Counted from the stretch's first letter, positions 26,106 to 35,716 are shown. The stretch is DNA of 37,317 bases from a virus (IMGVR_UViG_3300044723_003130:1-37317), one strand, 5' to 3'. Numbers and translations: made by a program. The notes: generated from the sequence alone by a model not told the origin.

Positions 26106-27936
26106 CTGGTCTTACATTGATTCTTAATGTACCAAATCGCCAATTACTACCTAATTCGTCACTTTCTATTTTAAGAGAAGATTGTCTACCTCGTATTCTA
26201 GAATTATAAAAAGCTGTCGTATTTGACACTGTAATAGCTTCTCCTGTAGTCTTAGAGCTATTAGGATAATCTCTAGCTGATAAAGTAATAATAGTATTAC
26301 CAGTTTGATTTTTAAAATCTGGTATAACTTTATTAATAAAAGTAAAATTCTCTCCATCTGCAATATCTCCATCACCTGATTCTATATAAGCAGTTATAGC
26401 AGAACCATCAGCATCTACACCATCTTCATGACGATAGATTAAACTTCGTCCAGCAGTTAGACCATATATTGTAGTATAAGTATTAGCAGTAGAGTTAGCA
26501 AAATATTCTGTAGCTATTGGATTTAATTCTACTCCATTATCTAAATATGTACTTCTCGATAAATTACCAAAATACCAACTATTTTCTAAATGATTATAGA
26601 TTACATATTTATCTACAAAATTAGAATTAGCAGAGCAGTAGTACCAAACAACTTCAGAAAAATCAGAAGTTTGTCCTGCATATACTTGAGCGTATTGAGT
26701 TTTATTTATATTATCAAATACATGATTTAATATAGGACAAGGTATTTCTTGAACAGCACCAGCAAATCTAAAAAATTGACCATCGGCCATCCAATAGGCA
26801 ACGTCATCTATAACTATTGCACTGTTTAATCCAACAGCTCCACAGTCATTACCGAGTTGACGAAAACCAAATATAAAAGGTGGACCAATAAAAGACATTG
26901 AATGTAATGTTGTATCTGTCCATACTAGAATAGTACCTTTTGCAGGTTTAGCTGTTCTTATTTCACTACCACCCGCAATTCTTTGTGAGCCCGCTGAGTT
27001 AGTTGCGTTAGGCGCCCAAAAATTGTAATTTTCTTGATCTGACCATCTTATAAATAATTTATCTTGTGAAGAAATATCTCCAATTGTAGTTTCTGTTCCC
27101 ATACAAATTAAATGCCTAGTTTCTGTAGATACTACAGATAAAGAAGAAGATGTAGGAGCATTAGAAATAGCGGTAGCTGGATTACTAGACATACCAGCTG
27201 ATTCGTCCCATTCGTAACTAGCTCCATCTCTTTGTGTTAAAATTAAATCTTCTCCCCAATTATTTAATGACCACTGTCTCATATCTAGTGTAACTTCTGA
27301 TGTAGTTCTAGGAGTATTCCATGTACTTTCAGAGTAAGTACCAGCTGACCAACCATATCCAAAAGTTTGAGTTGTAGGACCAATATTTAATTGATAAGAT
27401 ATATCGCAATTAGCAGAGTCAGTTACTGTAGAAGTAGCTGTACCTGGTGTAGTTATAGTATATGCATCTGAATTATTAATAGATACAATTTCAAATTCAT
27501 TTTCTAAATCAGTAATAGTAATTCCGCCTACATTTGCTGATACATTAGATATTGTTATAAATGATCCTAAAGTTGCACCATGAGCTGAATGATTTACTAT
27601 TACATTAGAGCTAGTATCAGTAGTAGTAAATACAGAAGTTAAACTATTAGATTGTCTAATAGGAGTAATATCTTGATTTTGTCCACCTTGATAAACATAA
27701 ACTTTTTTATCTCCTCCTATAGATTGATAACGTGTACCATCTAAGCTAATCCAAGAAGCTATATTCGAAGGTCTTCCTACATAATAATCTTGACTAAATT
27801 TAGTCCATCCACCTATTTTTTGTGGTAGTCCTTTTCTAAATCTAATCTTATCGCAGTCTGTCCATCTACCTTCTGCACCGGTTTCGGTGTTTTCAGTGTC
27901 TAAACCAGGTTGAAAATTTAATTGAGTTAATGGCAT
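26092..27936 (-). CDS. Tail nozzle / packaged-DNA stabilisation protein (beta-propeller)
   Basis: Start likely MPLTQLNFQPG at 27936; IRFRKG.PQKIGGW, FIRWSDQE, WRFGTLR; size and position. Confidence 0.7.
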   Translation of the reverse strand: MPLTQLNFQPGLDTENTETGAEGRWTDCDKIRFRKGLPQKIGGWTKFSQDYYVGRPSNIASWISLDGTRYQSIGGDKKVYVYQGGQNQDITPIRQSNSLTSVFTTTDTSSNVIVNHSAHGATLGSFITISNVSANVGGITITDLENEFEIVSINNSDAYTITTPGTATSTVTDSANCDISYQLNIGPTTQTFGYGWSAGTYSESTWNTPRTTSEVTLDMRQWSLNNWGEDLILTQRDGASYEWDESAGMSSNPATAISNAPTSSSLSVVSTETRHLICMGTETTIGDISSQDKLFIRWSDQENYNFWAPNATNSAGSQRIAGGSEIRTAKPAKGTILVWTDTTLHSMSFIGPPFIFGFRQLGNDCGAVGLNSAIVIDDVAYWMADGQFFRFAGAVQEIPCPILNHVFDNINKTQYAQVYAGQTSDFSEVVWYYCSANSNFVDKYVIYNHLENSWYFGNLSRSTYLDNGVELNPIATEYFANSTANTYTTIYGLTAGRSLIYRHEDGVDADGSAITAYIESGDGDIADGENFTFINKVIPDFKNQTGNTIITLSARDYPNSSKTTGEAITVSNTTAFYNSRIRGRQSSLKIESDELGSNWRFGTLRINVRPDGKR

Positions 27937-27976
27937 AATTTTTGAATTATATAACAAAAATTATAAAAATATAGTG

Positions 27977-28309
27977 CTATTTTTTGAGCATTATATTCCA
28001 ATCTAGCTTAGAGATCAAACTTTGTAAATAAACTTCTTTTAGTTTGTTTTCTTTCAAATATTGATATAATTCTTCTATATCAACAATAACCCATTCATCC
28101 TTAGTATCAAATACCATTTTATCGGCTTTACTTTTAAAATAACCTTGTTTTTCTAATCTGTTATTATTAACTTTCATAGGACGTACATCAAATTTAAATA
28201 TTTGATTAGATTTATTTTTTAACATCCCTTGTACATGCCAAGATTCTGCTTTACTTGGATAAGTTATTTCTTCTAAACAAGAATTTGCAAATTTGTGAAC
28301 CATAGACAT
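27977..28309 (-). CDS. Hypothetical protein
   Basis: 110-aa ORF (FKFDVR, SKADKMVF) within the variable island. Confidence 0.65.
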   Translation of the reverse strand: MSMVHKFANSCLEEITYPSKAESWHVQGMLKNKSNQIFKFDVRPMKVNNNRLEKQGYFKSKADKMVFDTKDEWVIVDIEELYQYLKENKLKEVYLQSLISKLDWNIMLKK

Positions 28310-28325
28310 TAAATATTAAAAATTA

Positions 28326-28925
28326 TTATTTAAACGGCTTACCTGTTACCCAAGTCACTAATGAATTTCTTTCTCCTTTTGTTACAGGCATAACTTCATG
28401 TAATGTATATGAAGGAAATACTATTAGTGTTCCTTGATCTTTATTCATCATAACATGATCTTCCACACCATTATCAATATAAAGTTCACCACCCTCATAT
28501 TCTTTAGGATCAGTAAGTTGAATTGAAATAGATAATTTTCTAATTGGAAAACCGAATCCTTTATCAACGTGTCTATTATATTTTCCTGATGGTGCTTTAT
28601 AATTTGTAAATTGTAATCCTTCATTAATTCCAGATAAATCAAAATTAAAAAAAAGTTTATTAATCTCTAATGTAATGTCTGTTATTCTACGAAACACCCA
28701 TTCCATATTGTCACCAGGATGTAGCCAACATATTTTAGAATCTCTAATATTATTTAATTTTTTATCTTGATTATCTTTTCTTACCAAAGCATCATTTAAA
28801 CCTTTGATTTTAGCAAGTTTAATTATTACTTCACAGTCCTCTTTTGTAAATGCGTTTTCATAAAAAGCATAACTATGAATTTTATCTAAATAAAAATCCC
28901 AAGATGAGTTTGTTATTTTTTCCAT
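28326..28925 (-). CDS. 2OG-Fe(II) oxygenase (prolyl-4-hydroxylase-like)
   Basis: LQFTNY, HVD, RKLSISIQL, YEGGEL, FPSYTLHEV.PVTKGERNSLV.W. Confidence 0.88.
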   Translation of the reverse strand: MEKITNSSWDFYLDKIHSYAFYENAFTKEDCEVIIKLAKIKGLNDALVRKDNQDKKLNNIRDSKICWLHPGDNMEWVFRRITDITLEINKLFFNFDLSGINEGLQFTNYKAPSGKYNRHVDKGFGFPIRKLSISIQLTDPKEYEGGELYIDNGVEDHVMMNKDQGTLIVFPSYTLHEVMPVTKGERNSLVTWVTGKPFK

Positions 28926-28936
28926 AATTCATTTAA

Positions 28937-29449
28937 TTAAAAATAGTTAAAATTTATTATATATCTAAAATCAGCATTATTAGATGTTACTCCTCTATGT
29001 TCAATATTAGAATCAAATATAACAATTTTATTTTCTTCTGATTTAATAAATTTTATTTCATTATTTATTTTAAATTCAGTTCCTCCATCACAATTGTTTA
29101 AATATAATATTGCAGTTTTACAATTAAAATTATTGTCTATATGAAAATCAGAATGTTTATTTTTAAAAAAAACAGAAGGGGTTAAATTTGATCTTACTTC
29201 TATTACAGCTTTTGAATTTAATTTATCTAAAATTGGGATTATATATTTAAAATACGTATCACAATTTATTCTATTATCATTATAGAAAGAATGTGTAAAA
29301 TAACCTAAGTTATTTGAGGTTCCTCCAACCATAGTTTTCCTCTGATACCAAGCAAACTCTGATTTTGTTACAAGTTTTTTTAAATCTTGAAAAAAAGAAT
29401 TTTCAAGAAAATTTTTTATTACTTTTACGTTTTTTGTTGGTTGATGCAT
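28937..29449 (-). CDS. 2OG-Fe(II) oxygenase
   Basis: FHID, TAILYLN..DGGT, HRG, RYIINFNYF. Confidence 0.8.
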   Translation of the reverse strand: MHQPTKNVKVIKNFLENSFFQDLKKLVTKSEFAWYQRKTMVGGTSNNLGYFTHSFYNDNRINCDTYFKYIIPILDKLNSKAVIEVRSNLTPSVFFKNKHSDFHIDNNFNCKTAILYLNNCDGGTEFKINNEIKFIKSEENKIVIFDSNIEHRGVTSNNADFRYIINFNYF

Positions 29450-29451
29450 AA

Positions 29452-30090
29452 TTATTCCTTATTTAAATATATATTTAGTACAATTGTAATTCTTGTTTTG
29501 TCTGAAGTTTGCATAGGTACATAGTGATGTAAAAAAGAAGGAGTAATACAAAAACAATTTTCTTCAATATTAAAATTCCAATAATCCATAACCCAAGAAT
29601 TATTTGGATCACTTGAATCTAATAAATTTAAAAGTTCCGGTCTTAAATATTTTAAATAACCAACATAAGTGTTTTTATTTTCAAATACTGTTGGTTTATG
29701 TTCTTCTTTATCAAATTTTAAATAATGTACAGCTGTAAAATCCGCACCGTCGTGATAATGAGATTGCATATTTTGATTAGATTTCATACAAGTATAATTA
29801 ACAATTTTAAAATTATATTTAATTTTTTGACTAAATTTTAAATTGTTTAAGTAAAGTTCAATATCATTTTTATACAAAGGTATTAATGTTTTATAATTTA
29901 TATCTTTAAATTTTTTGTTATTTAAATCTTTATTACTGTGATGTAAATTTGAGTTTTTGGTATCCCATTTATTTCTATTAGCGTCTATTTTATAATTATA
30001 TTCAATGTCTCTGATAATTTTTTTCTTATCAAAGTTATTAGAGTTAATTTTTGTTATTAATGTAGGAAAACTAAAGAGGTTTACTATCAT
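29452..30090 (-). CDS. Putative 2OG-Fe(II) oxygenase (HxH type)
   Basis: SHYH...FTAVHYL...PSFLHHYVP...RITIVLN. Confidence 0.72.
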   Translation of the reverse strand: MIVNLFSFPTLITKINSNNFDKKKIIRDIEYNYKIDANRNKWDTKNSNLHHSNKDLNNKKFKDINYKTLIPLYKNDIELYLNNLKFSQKIKYNFKIVNYTCMKSNQNMQSHYHDGADFTAVHYLKFDKEEHKPTVFENKNTYVGYLKYLRPELLNLLDSSDPNNSWVMDYWNFNIEENCFCITPSFLHHYVPMQTSDKTRITIVLNIYLNKE

Positions 30091-30157
30091 TTTTTCTTTC
30101 TATATTTTAAATAAGTTAAGATTGTGTCCTACCTCAAATTTATTACTTTCACGTTAA

Positions 30158-30577
30158 TTATTCAGAAACTGTAGTTTCTGCAGAAACTAAATCCCAAGTT
30201 TGATTAGTTTCATTCCAATCATATAGTTCTTTACCTTCAGGTCTTACCACAGGTGCTTCCCAAAGGCAAGTGGTTTCATTTAATATCCAAGATGAATAGG
30301 GTTTTGGTGGAATAAAAGCATCTTTATCTTCATCATAAGTATAACCAATTCCAGCAAAGTTTTTTCTAAAAGGTGTACCTCCTAATACATGAACTCCACC
30401 TCTCGTATTATAAGAAGTTTGTTTCCAAATAGAATTTGGTTCTTTATATAAATTTTTTAAAAATTCAATACCAATAGATTCTTGTTCTATTCCATTTGAA
30501 TCTTGTATTACATCGTTTACAACAGATTCAACTCTTAATACTATATTTTGTGAATTTAATTTTGAAAATGATGCCAT
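30158..30577 (-). CDS. Phage protein associated with the Gly-rich fibre (possible fibre chaperone)
   Basis: WKQTSYNT.GG, PFRKNFAGIG.TYD, DAFIPPKPY.SW, WEAPV; TAATG-coupled to the Gly-rich gene. Confidence 0.6.
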   Translation of the reverse strand: MASFSKLNSQNIVLRVESVVNDVIQDSNGIEQESIGIEFLKNLYKEPNSIWKQTSYNTRGGVHVLGGTPFRKNFAGIGYTYDEDKDAFIPPKPYSSWILNETTCLWEAPVVRPEGKELYDWNETNQTWDLVSAETTVSE

Positions 30578-31434
30578 TATGTTTCGTAACTCCCTGACCC
30601 ATTAAATTGAATTATTGTATTTCCACCTGATTCCGTAACTGTTGGAGAACCTGTTGTTGTACCAGTATAATTTTCAGTTGGTACACTTAAAATAACTACA
30701 CCTTTTCCGCCTTGACCAGCAGGTACACCACCTGGGCCACCGCCACCGCCACCACCAGTGTTAGCTGTACCAGGGCTACCGCCGTTGCCTCCACCACCAG
30801 AACCTCCTGATCCTGCACTAGCACCCCAATAAGCGCCACCGCCACCGCCACCTGCTCTTGTGACTGAAGAACCTGTTATTGAAGAGGCTGTTCCAGCTCC
30901 ACCAGGACCGCATGCACTACCACCACCAGGGCTACCTACTGCACCAGCTCCTCCGCCTCCTCCTGAGGGATAAGGAGCACTAGGTCCATTTGAAGGACCA
31001 CCATTATTTCCTTCTGAAGGTGTATAACCTCCGGCGTTACCAGCACCACCTGCATTTGACGAACCGCCTATTGCGCCACCGCCACCACCGGAACCACCAG
31101 GTTTACCAGGAGAGCCTCCATTAGGGCCACCTGCTCCTCCACCTGTTGAATTTATTGTGCTTAATCCTGATCCTGATATTTCAGAGTTATTTCCGTCAAC
31201 ACCACCACTGGAACCACCATCACCTACTGTGACGGTAATTGTGAATGATTCATTCATTGTTTGAGTTGATGTTCTGTATCCTCCAGCTCCACCTCCACCA
31301 CCTCCGGTGGGTTGTCCTCCTGCAGCACCTCCACCTATAACTAAAAAATCTATATCATGGGGTGAAAATCCTCCACCACCTCTTTGACCAAAACCTTTTG
31401 CAGATCCTGATCCAAATGTTCCTAATAAAGGCAT
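30577..31434 (-). CDS. Glycine-rich tail fibre / adhesin protein
   Basis: Long GGx repeats (GGGGAGGY, ANTGGGGGG, GG.GVVIL); locally GC-rich. Confidence 0.7.
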   Translation of the reverse strand: MPLLGTFGSGSAKGFGQRGGGGFSPHDIDFLVIGGGAAGGQPTGGGGGGAGGYRTSTQTMNESFTITVTVGDGGSSGGVDGNNSEISGSGLSTINSTGGGAGGPNGGSPGKPGGSGGGGGAIGGSSNAGGAGNAGGYTPSEGNNGGPSNGPSAPYPSGGGGGAGAVGSPGGGSACGPGGAGTASSITGSSVTRAGGGGGGAYWGASAGSGGSGGGGNGGSPGTANTGGGGGGGPGGVPAGQGGKGVVILSVPTENYTGTTTGSPTVTESGGNTIIQFNGSGSYET

Positions 31435-31446
31435 TAATATTTCTCT

Positions 31447-32487
31447 CTAAGCAAATTGTGTTAGTGATGCTAATACTGTAAAAGTTGCATCAGCAGTTTT
31501 AATAATTGTATATGTATATGTATCTAATGAACTTGCATTACCTGCAGTTGGTGCAGCTCCACCTTGCCATTCTGGAGTAACTGAGCTACCATCAACTTGT
31601 ACAGCTGAATTATAGTATGGAGTTCCACCTTGAGATACAATATGTGCTACTGTTATTGATTCGCCAGTATCCATAATACTATTTAAAGTATTAGATCCGT
31701 CACCTCTGATATTTAATGTCCAGTTTGCTGAAGCATCTGTAGTGAAGTTCCATACAGCTTGAGTTAAAACATCGTAGTTGATTGTACCTGTTGCAGCAGT
31801 AGCTTCAGTTGTAACTTTTTCTGCTAATTGTTGAATTTTACCTCCGCCATTAAAAGTTACTCTTCCTGCAACTCCATTAGGAGATAAAAGAATATCAGCA
31901 TTAGCTGTTGTTGAAGTTACATTAGGATTAGATCCAGCAATTGAAATTGTATTAGATGTTGCGTTTAAATTTGTACCAGAAACATTGGCTGAACCAATTA
32001 TATTAGTACCAGAAACATTTCCTGAAGAAGTTATAGATGTCATAGCTATATCACCTAGATCACCCATTACATCAACCATAGTAGTTCCATCTGTATATAC
32101 TATAGTTTTAGCACCTTGTTTAAGAGTTACACCAGTTCCACCTGTTGGACCAAAAGTTAAAGTTTGTGAACCAGTTGTATTATTAAATACAATATATTTA
32201 GTTTCTACTGCATCAGTAAATACATTAATATCTCCTGTTAAAGCACCTGTAAATTCTAATACTGCATTATGTACTTGGTCATCTGTTGCTGAATCGTCTG
32301 TATTAGATGTTGAATTGTTTGAAGTTAAAGTAACATTAGCAGAACCTGCAACGTCAACTGATTGATAACCTTTTACTGATGAATCAATTCTATTAAAAAC
32401 ATAATTAACTAGATTACCCCAAGTTCCTGAATTTTCTCCAGAAGCTTGTCTCTCTAATTTTAATCTCGATGTATAACTTGATGGCAT
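31447..32487 (-). CDS. Tail fibre / tail structural protein
   Basis: N-terminal YTSRLKLE....GENSGTWG anchor; Thr/Ser/Gly-rich beta composition; C-terminal WQGG.APT...D.YTY domain. Confidence 0.65.
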   Translation of the reverse strand: MPSSYTSRLKLERQASGENSGTWGNLVNYVFNRIDSSVKGYQSVDVAGSANVTLTSNNSTSNTDDSATDDQVHNAVLEFTGALTGDINVFTDAVETKYIVFNNTTGSQTLTFGPTGGTGVTLKQGAKTIVYTDGTTMVDVMGDLGDIAMTSITSSGNVSGTNIIGSANVSGTNLNATSNTISIAGSNPNVTSTTANADILLSPNGVAGRVTFNGGGKIQQLAEKVTTEATAATGTINYDVLTQAVWNFTTDASANWTLNIRGDGSNTLNSIMDTGESITVAHIVSQGGTPYYNSAVQVDGSSVTPEWQGGAAPTAGNASSLDTYTYTIIKTADATFTVLASLTQFA

Positions 32488-32492
32488 AATTT

Positions 32493-32521
32493 TTTATACT
32501 CCATATTTTAAATAATGTAAA
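32493..32521 (-). promoter_or_regulatory. Putative promoter giving a leaderless or near-leaderless transcript
   Basis: TTTACA (32521-32516), 17-nt spacer, TATAAA (32498-32493), then 5 nt to the ATG at 32487. Confidence 0.4.
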
Positions 32522-32545
32522 TAATATATATTTGTCATCATTTGT

Positions 32546-33445
32546 CTAGTGAATATTAGTCCAAGTTTCAGTAATATTACCTCTAATTGGATCCCAAAAT
32601 TTAAGTGTTGTAACATTAGCATTTGCTCTATTTCCTTCAATAGATATAAAGTTTTCAGAATTAGGTACTATATCAGCTAACGTAATAGTAACTCCATTAC
32701 CGGTCATAGATAATATTTGTCCTGTACTTAAAGTAATAGTATTAGCTGTAGTTGTTAATTCTTCTCCAGTAATAGGTATTATATTTTCAGAAGTTATAGA
32801 AATGTTATTTAAATTAATATTTAATTCTTGACCATCTATTGAAAGTATTTGGGCAGTTCCTACTTGTATACCATCATTATTAAGTTCTACATTAGCTTCT
32901 AAAGTAGGAGTATTAATAGTAATAGATCCGTCAGCTAATACAGCAAAAGTATTAACAGTTGCAGATAATAATTCTTCACCAGTTATAGTTAAAGAAGCTG
33001 TACCTGTTACAGTTTCTTCACCTTGAGATGTAATTAATTCTTCACCACTAATAGTAATAGGAGCACTAGCTGTAACAGTTATAATGTTAGCAGTAGTAGT
33101 TAATTCGCCTGCTGTAGTTGTTGCAAATACATTACCGTTACCAGTTAATACAAAACCTAAACTAGAATTCCATTCTCCAACATTCCATTCTTCTCTTCCC
33201 CAACCAAATCCTAAATTTAAATCAGTTATTAATTGACCAGCTGTAGTTAAAGATACAAATTGATCTGGAGCTTGATTCCATGTAGCTGATGAATAAGTTC
33301 CTCTATTCCATCCAGCTCTTATTTCAGCATTAGCAACTACATCACCTACAGATGTGGTAACAGATTGACCTGTTAATACTGCGCCAACTGCAGCATCATT
33401 CCAAGAACCTAAGTTCCAATCACCTTGGCTCCATGTACTTGCCAT
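32546..33445 (-). CDS. Repetitive virion structural protein (Trp motifs and roughly 21-aa ITGEEL repeats)
   Basis: WSQGDWNLGSWN, GWNRGTYSSATWN, GWGREEWNVGEWN; repeated [IL]TGxELxT; SD AGGAGG. Confidence 0.65.
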   Translation of the reverse strand: MASTWSQGDWNLGSWNDAAVGAVLTGQSVTTSVGDVVANAEIRAGWNRGTYSSATWNQAPDQFVSLTTAGQLITDLNLGFGWGREEWNVGEWNSSLGFVLTGNGNVFATTTAGELTTTANIITVTASAPITISGEELITSQGEETVTGTASLTITGEELLSATVNTFAVLADGSITINTPTLEANVELNNDGIQVGTAQILSIDGQELNINLNNISITSENIIPITGEELTTTANTITLSTGQILSMTGNGVTITLADIVPNSENFISIEGNRANANVTTLKFWDPIRGNITETWTNIH

Positions 33446-33458
33446 AAGGATTTCCTCC

Positions 33459-33884
33459 TTATGCTATTCTAATTAAGCCGTTAGTAGCGTCAGCGTTAGG
33501 AAACTGTAACTCAAATGTACCGTTAGTAGAAGTTTTAACACCTCCAAAATCTAAAACTGCAATAGAAGAATTACTATTGTTAGCGTTGTAGATTAATGCA
33601 GCTTGAGCTGAAATAGTTGCGTTTGCAAAAGAAACGTTATCAGCATCAAAAATTGCAGTAGTACCATCAGTAGTGATAGTAACATTTGTAAGTGTTGCAC
33701 CGCCAGTAGTATAATTAGTTCCGCTATCTGAAATTTCATTAGCAGTTATATACGCAGCAGTGTTTTGGTTAAGAGTTGCAGTGTTGTCGTAAAGTGCACA
33801 CTTCAATGTCTGAGCTTCTAAGTTTCCGCCAGGCGACATTAAGTCTTGCTTAAACGACACTGTAATCGCTTGAGATATTGCCAT
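33459..33884 (-). CDS. Virion structural protein
   Basis: SFKQDL, K.ALY, YTTGGATL, ALIYN, VLDFGG.KTST.GTF pattern; SD GGAGG. Confidence 0.65.
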   Translation of the reverse strand: MAISQAITVSFKQDLMSPGGNLEAQTLKCALYDNTATLNQNTAAYITANEISDSGTNYTTGGATLTNVTITTDGTTAIFDADNVSFANATISAQAALIYNANNSNSSIAVLDFGGVKTSTNGTFELQFPNADATNGLIRIA

Positions 33885-33886
33885 TT

Positions 33887-34549
33887 TTATTGTCCTCCAG
33901 TTAATGTGTTTTCGCCTAGTGGACTACCTGGAAACTTGTAGTCAGTTCTTCTGTTTCTACGAGCTTCGTTATTAATAGCAGCCACACTTTCGACATACTT
34001 TTGTTTGTATATATTATAGTCTTCCATGTTCTTTGTAAAGAGATTTGCTTCAGATAAACAACCAAATAAAAGAGCATCAGAAGCATTTTCAGTATACCAA
34101 TTAGTAGTGTTAGTATTAGATAATGGATTAATTCTTCCTTGATAACCTAACTCCATAGTATATACAGCATCTGGTGTTGGAGCTAAATATAATGTGGTAT
34201 CATCAAAATTAGCAAAATATCTAGGTTGTGCTGTTAAGGAAGCATCAGGCCAATATTCTTGTAAATATTCTAATGGTTTAATTTCTAAAAATACTCTATT
34301 ACCTGAGCTGTCTATTATATTTAAATAATTTAAAAGCATAGGTTCAATTGCTGATGGAAGAGTTATAAATCTATCTCCTATAGAAGTAGATGAAGTTACA
34401 TTTTCATTAAAACCTGTAGGATCAATTTCTCTAGATAATTTTAATTGAGTATTATCAATAAAAGTATCTAATTGAGCTACAAAATCAGTTCCTGTATTTT
34501 CTGCCCAAGTTTGTATATCAGTCTTTAGACTGCTGTATGTCATTGGCAT
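33887..34549 (-). CDS. Head-tail adaptor / tail tubular-like protein
   Basis: MTYSSLKTDIQ.W, PRYFA, LAPTPDA.Y, ALLFGCL.EA; position in the module. Confidence 0.65.
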   Translation of the reverse strand: MPMTYSSLKTDIQTWAENTGTDFVAQLDTFIDNTQLKLSREIDPTGFNENVTSSTSIGDRFITLPSAIEPMLLNYLNIIDSSGNRVFLEIKPLEYLQEYWPDASLTAQPRYFANFDDTTLYLAPTPDAVYTMELGYQGRINPLSNTNTTNWYTENASDALLFGCLSEANLFTKNMEDYNIYKQKYVESVAAINNEARRNRRTDYKFPGSPLGENTLTGGQ

Positions 34550-35336
34550 TGTTTTCTACTCCTTCAACTTTAAACTTAGTCCATACATGACCTCTAAATG
34601 CATATGTACCATAATGCGTAAGAGGACTATGTAAATCAGCATATATCTTTCCACCGATTTTTTGCCATAATCTGCAAAAAGCATAATCTTCTGATAAATA
34701 TCTATTACTTTTTTCATCAATAATACAGTCAAAAAGTGCATAACAATTGTCACTTGAAAATCTATCTCCATTTATTATTTGATCAGATGTATATTTAAGA
34801 TTAGGATAAGCTTCTATCATTTTATAAAATACTTCTTTTTTAATACACATAAAGCCTGTCGCTGCATCTAATACTTCAGTAAATCCATTTTTAACTTCTA
34901 TATTTAAAGGATTTGCAAAATTTAAATTATATCCTAAAGCTTTTTGTTCTAAATTTTCATAATCTTTTTTTTCAGCATGAGATTTAACAGTATTCCAATC
35001 TATAGATTTTCTAGGGTATATTCCACAAGCTACATCGTAATCACTTTCTAATAATCTCATTATAGCTTCTCCACCAAAACCTATATCGCTATCTATAAAC
35101 ATTAAATGTGTAAATCTATTCGGATCTTTTTTATCAGCATCTAAAAATTGAGTTACTAAAGTATTTCTAGCTCTAGTAATTAAACTTTCATTACCCATAG
35201 TATTTAAATGTAACTGTATTCCTCTTTTACCAGCCTCAGTTACAGCATTTAAAATACCGTGTAAATATGATTCTGTTAATTGACCGCCATAACAAGGAGT
35301 TGCGATCATAACTCCTAATTTTTTTTGATTTGTCAT
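34518..35336 (-). CDS. GT-A (family 2-like) glycosyltransferase in the structural module
   Basis: IATPCYGG, NESLITRARN, HLMFIDSD (DxD), ATGFM, YLSEDYAFC, LTHYG. Confidence 0.78.
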   Translation of the reverse strand: MTNQKKLGVMIATPCYGGQLTESYLHGILNAVTEAGKRGIQLHLNTMGNESLITRARNTLVTQFLDADKKDPNRFTHLMFIDSDIGFGGEAIMRLLESDYDVACGIYPRKSIDWNTVKSHAEKKDYENLEQKALGYNLNFANPLNIEVKNGFTEVLDAATGFMCIKKEVFYKMIEAYPNLKYTSDQIINGDRFSSDNCYALFDCIIDEKSNRYLSEDYAFCRLWQKIGGKIYADLHSPLTHYGTYAFRGHVWTKFKVEGVENNANDIQQSKD

Positions 35337-35716
35337 GTAGACACTGTAACACTTCCTAGCCCAATTGATAACAAATTTGTGCTTGCTTGTGCGACACCTA
35401 CATTAGAAACAGAGCCTGATGTAGATGGATATATTAAAGTAATTTGATTAGGAACACCACCAGTAGCTGATAAATTAGCTTGTGGTCTAGCGTCTTGTAA
35501 AGATTCAGCATCAGTAAAATATGTTAAATCTAATTGTGGTTGTTTCTTTTCAAATTCTGAACTATGAACCATACTACCATTCCATTCAAATACCATTTCA
35601 TTGTATGGAAATTCTAAACCAGAACGATCAGATATAGCTCTAGCATATTTACCACCAGAAAATTTTTGATGTGGTGCTCTATGCGGTTTATTACTTCTAT
35701 CTGCGTATCTTGCCAT
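35333..35716 (-). CDS. Hypothetical virion-module protein
   Basis: GKYARAISDRSG..FPY.EM..EWNG..VH.SEFE.K.PQL; coupled to both neighbours. Confidence 0.65.
   Translation of the reverse strand: MARYADRSNKPHRAPHQKFSGGKYARAISDRSGLEFPYNEMVFEWNGSMVHSSEFEKKQPQLDLTYFTDAESLQDARPQANLSATGGVPNQITLIYPSTSGSVSNVGVAQASTNLLSIGLGSVTVST

Noticed and set aside
28326-30090. Oxygenases as TET/JBP partners of the C5-MTase
   Set aside because: Their motifs resemble generic phage prolyl-hydroxylase-like families, and they are about 17 kb from the MTase, within the tail region.
30700-31385. GC-rich ccacc/ccgcc repeats as a repeat array or foreign DNA
   Set aside because: Fully explained by glycine codons of the Gly-rich fibre; there is no repeat-spacer periodicity.
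31973-32019. 14-bp direct repeat gtaccagaaacatt with a 33-nt period
   Set aside because: An in-frame duplication encoding NVSGTN twice in a fibre protein; not an att site or DGR repeat, and no integrase or reverse transcriptase is present.
17603-34771. Nested alternative-frame ORFs (17603-17824, 17661-17903, 26166-26375, 28448-28642, 34556-34771)
   Set aside because: They lie entirely inside longer genes and have the Leu/Ile/Met-rich composition typical of off-frame AT-rich sequence.
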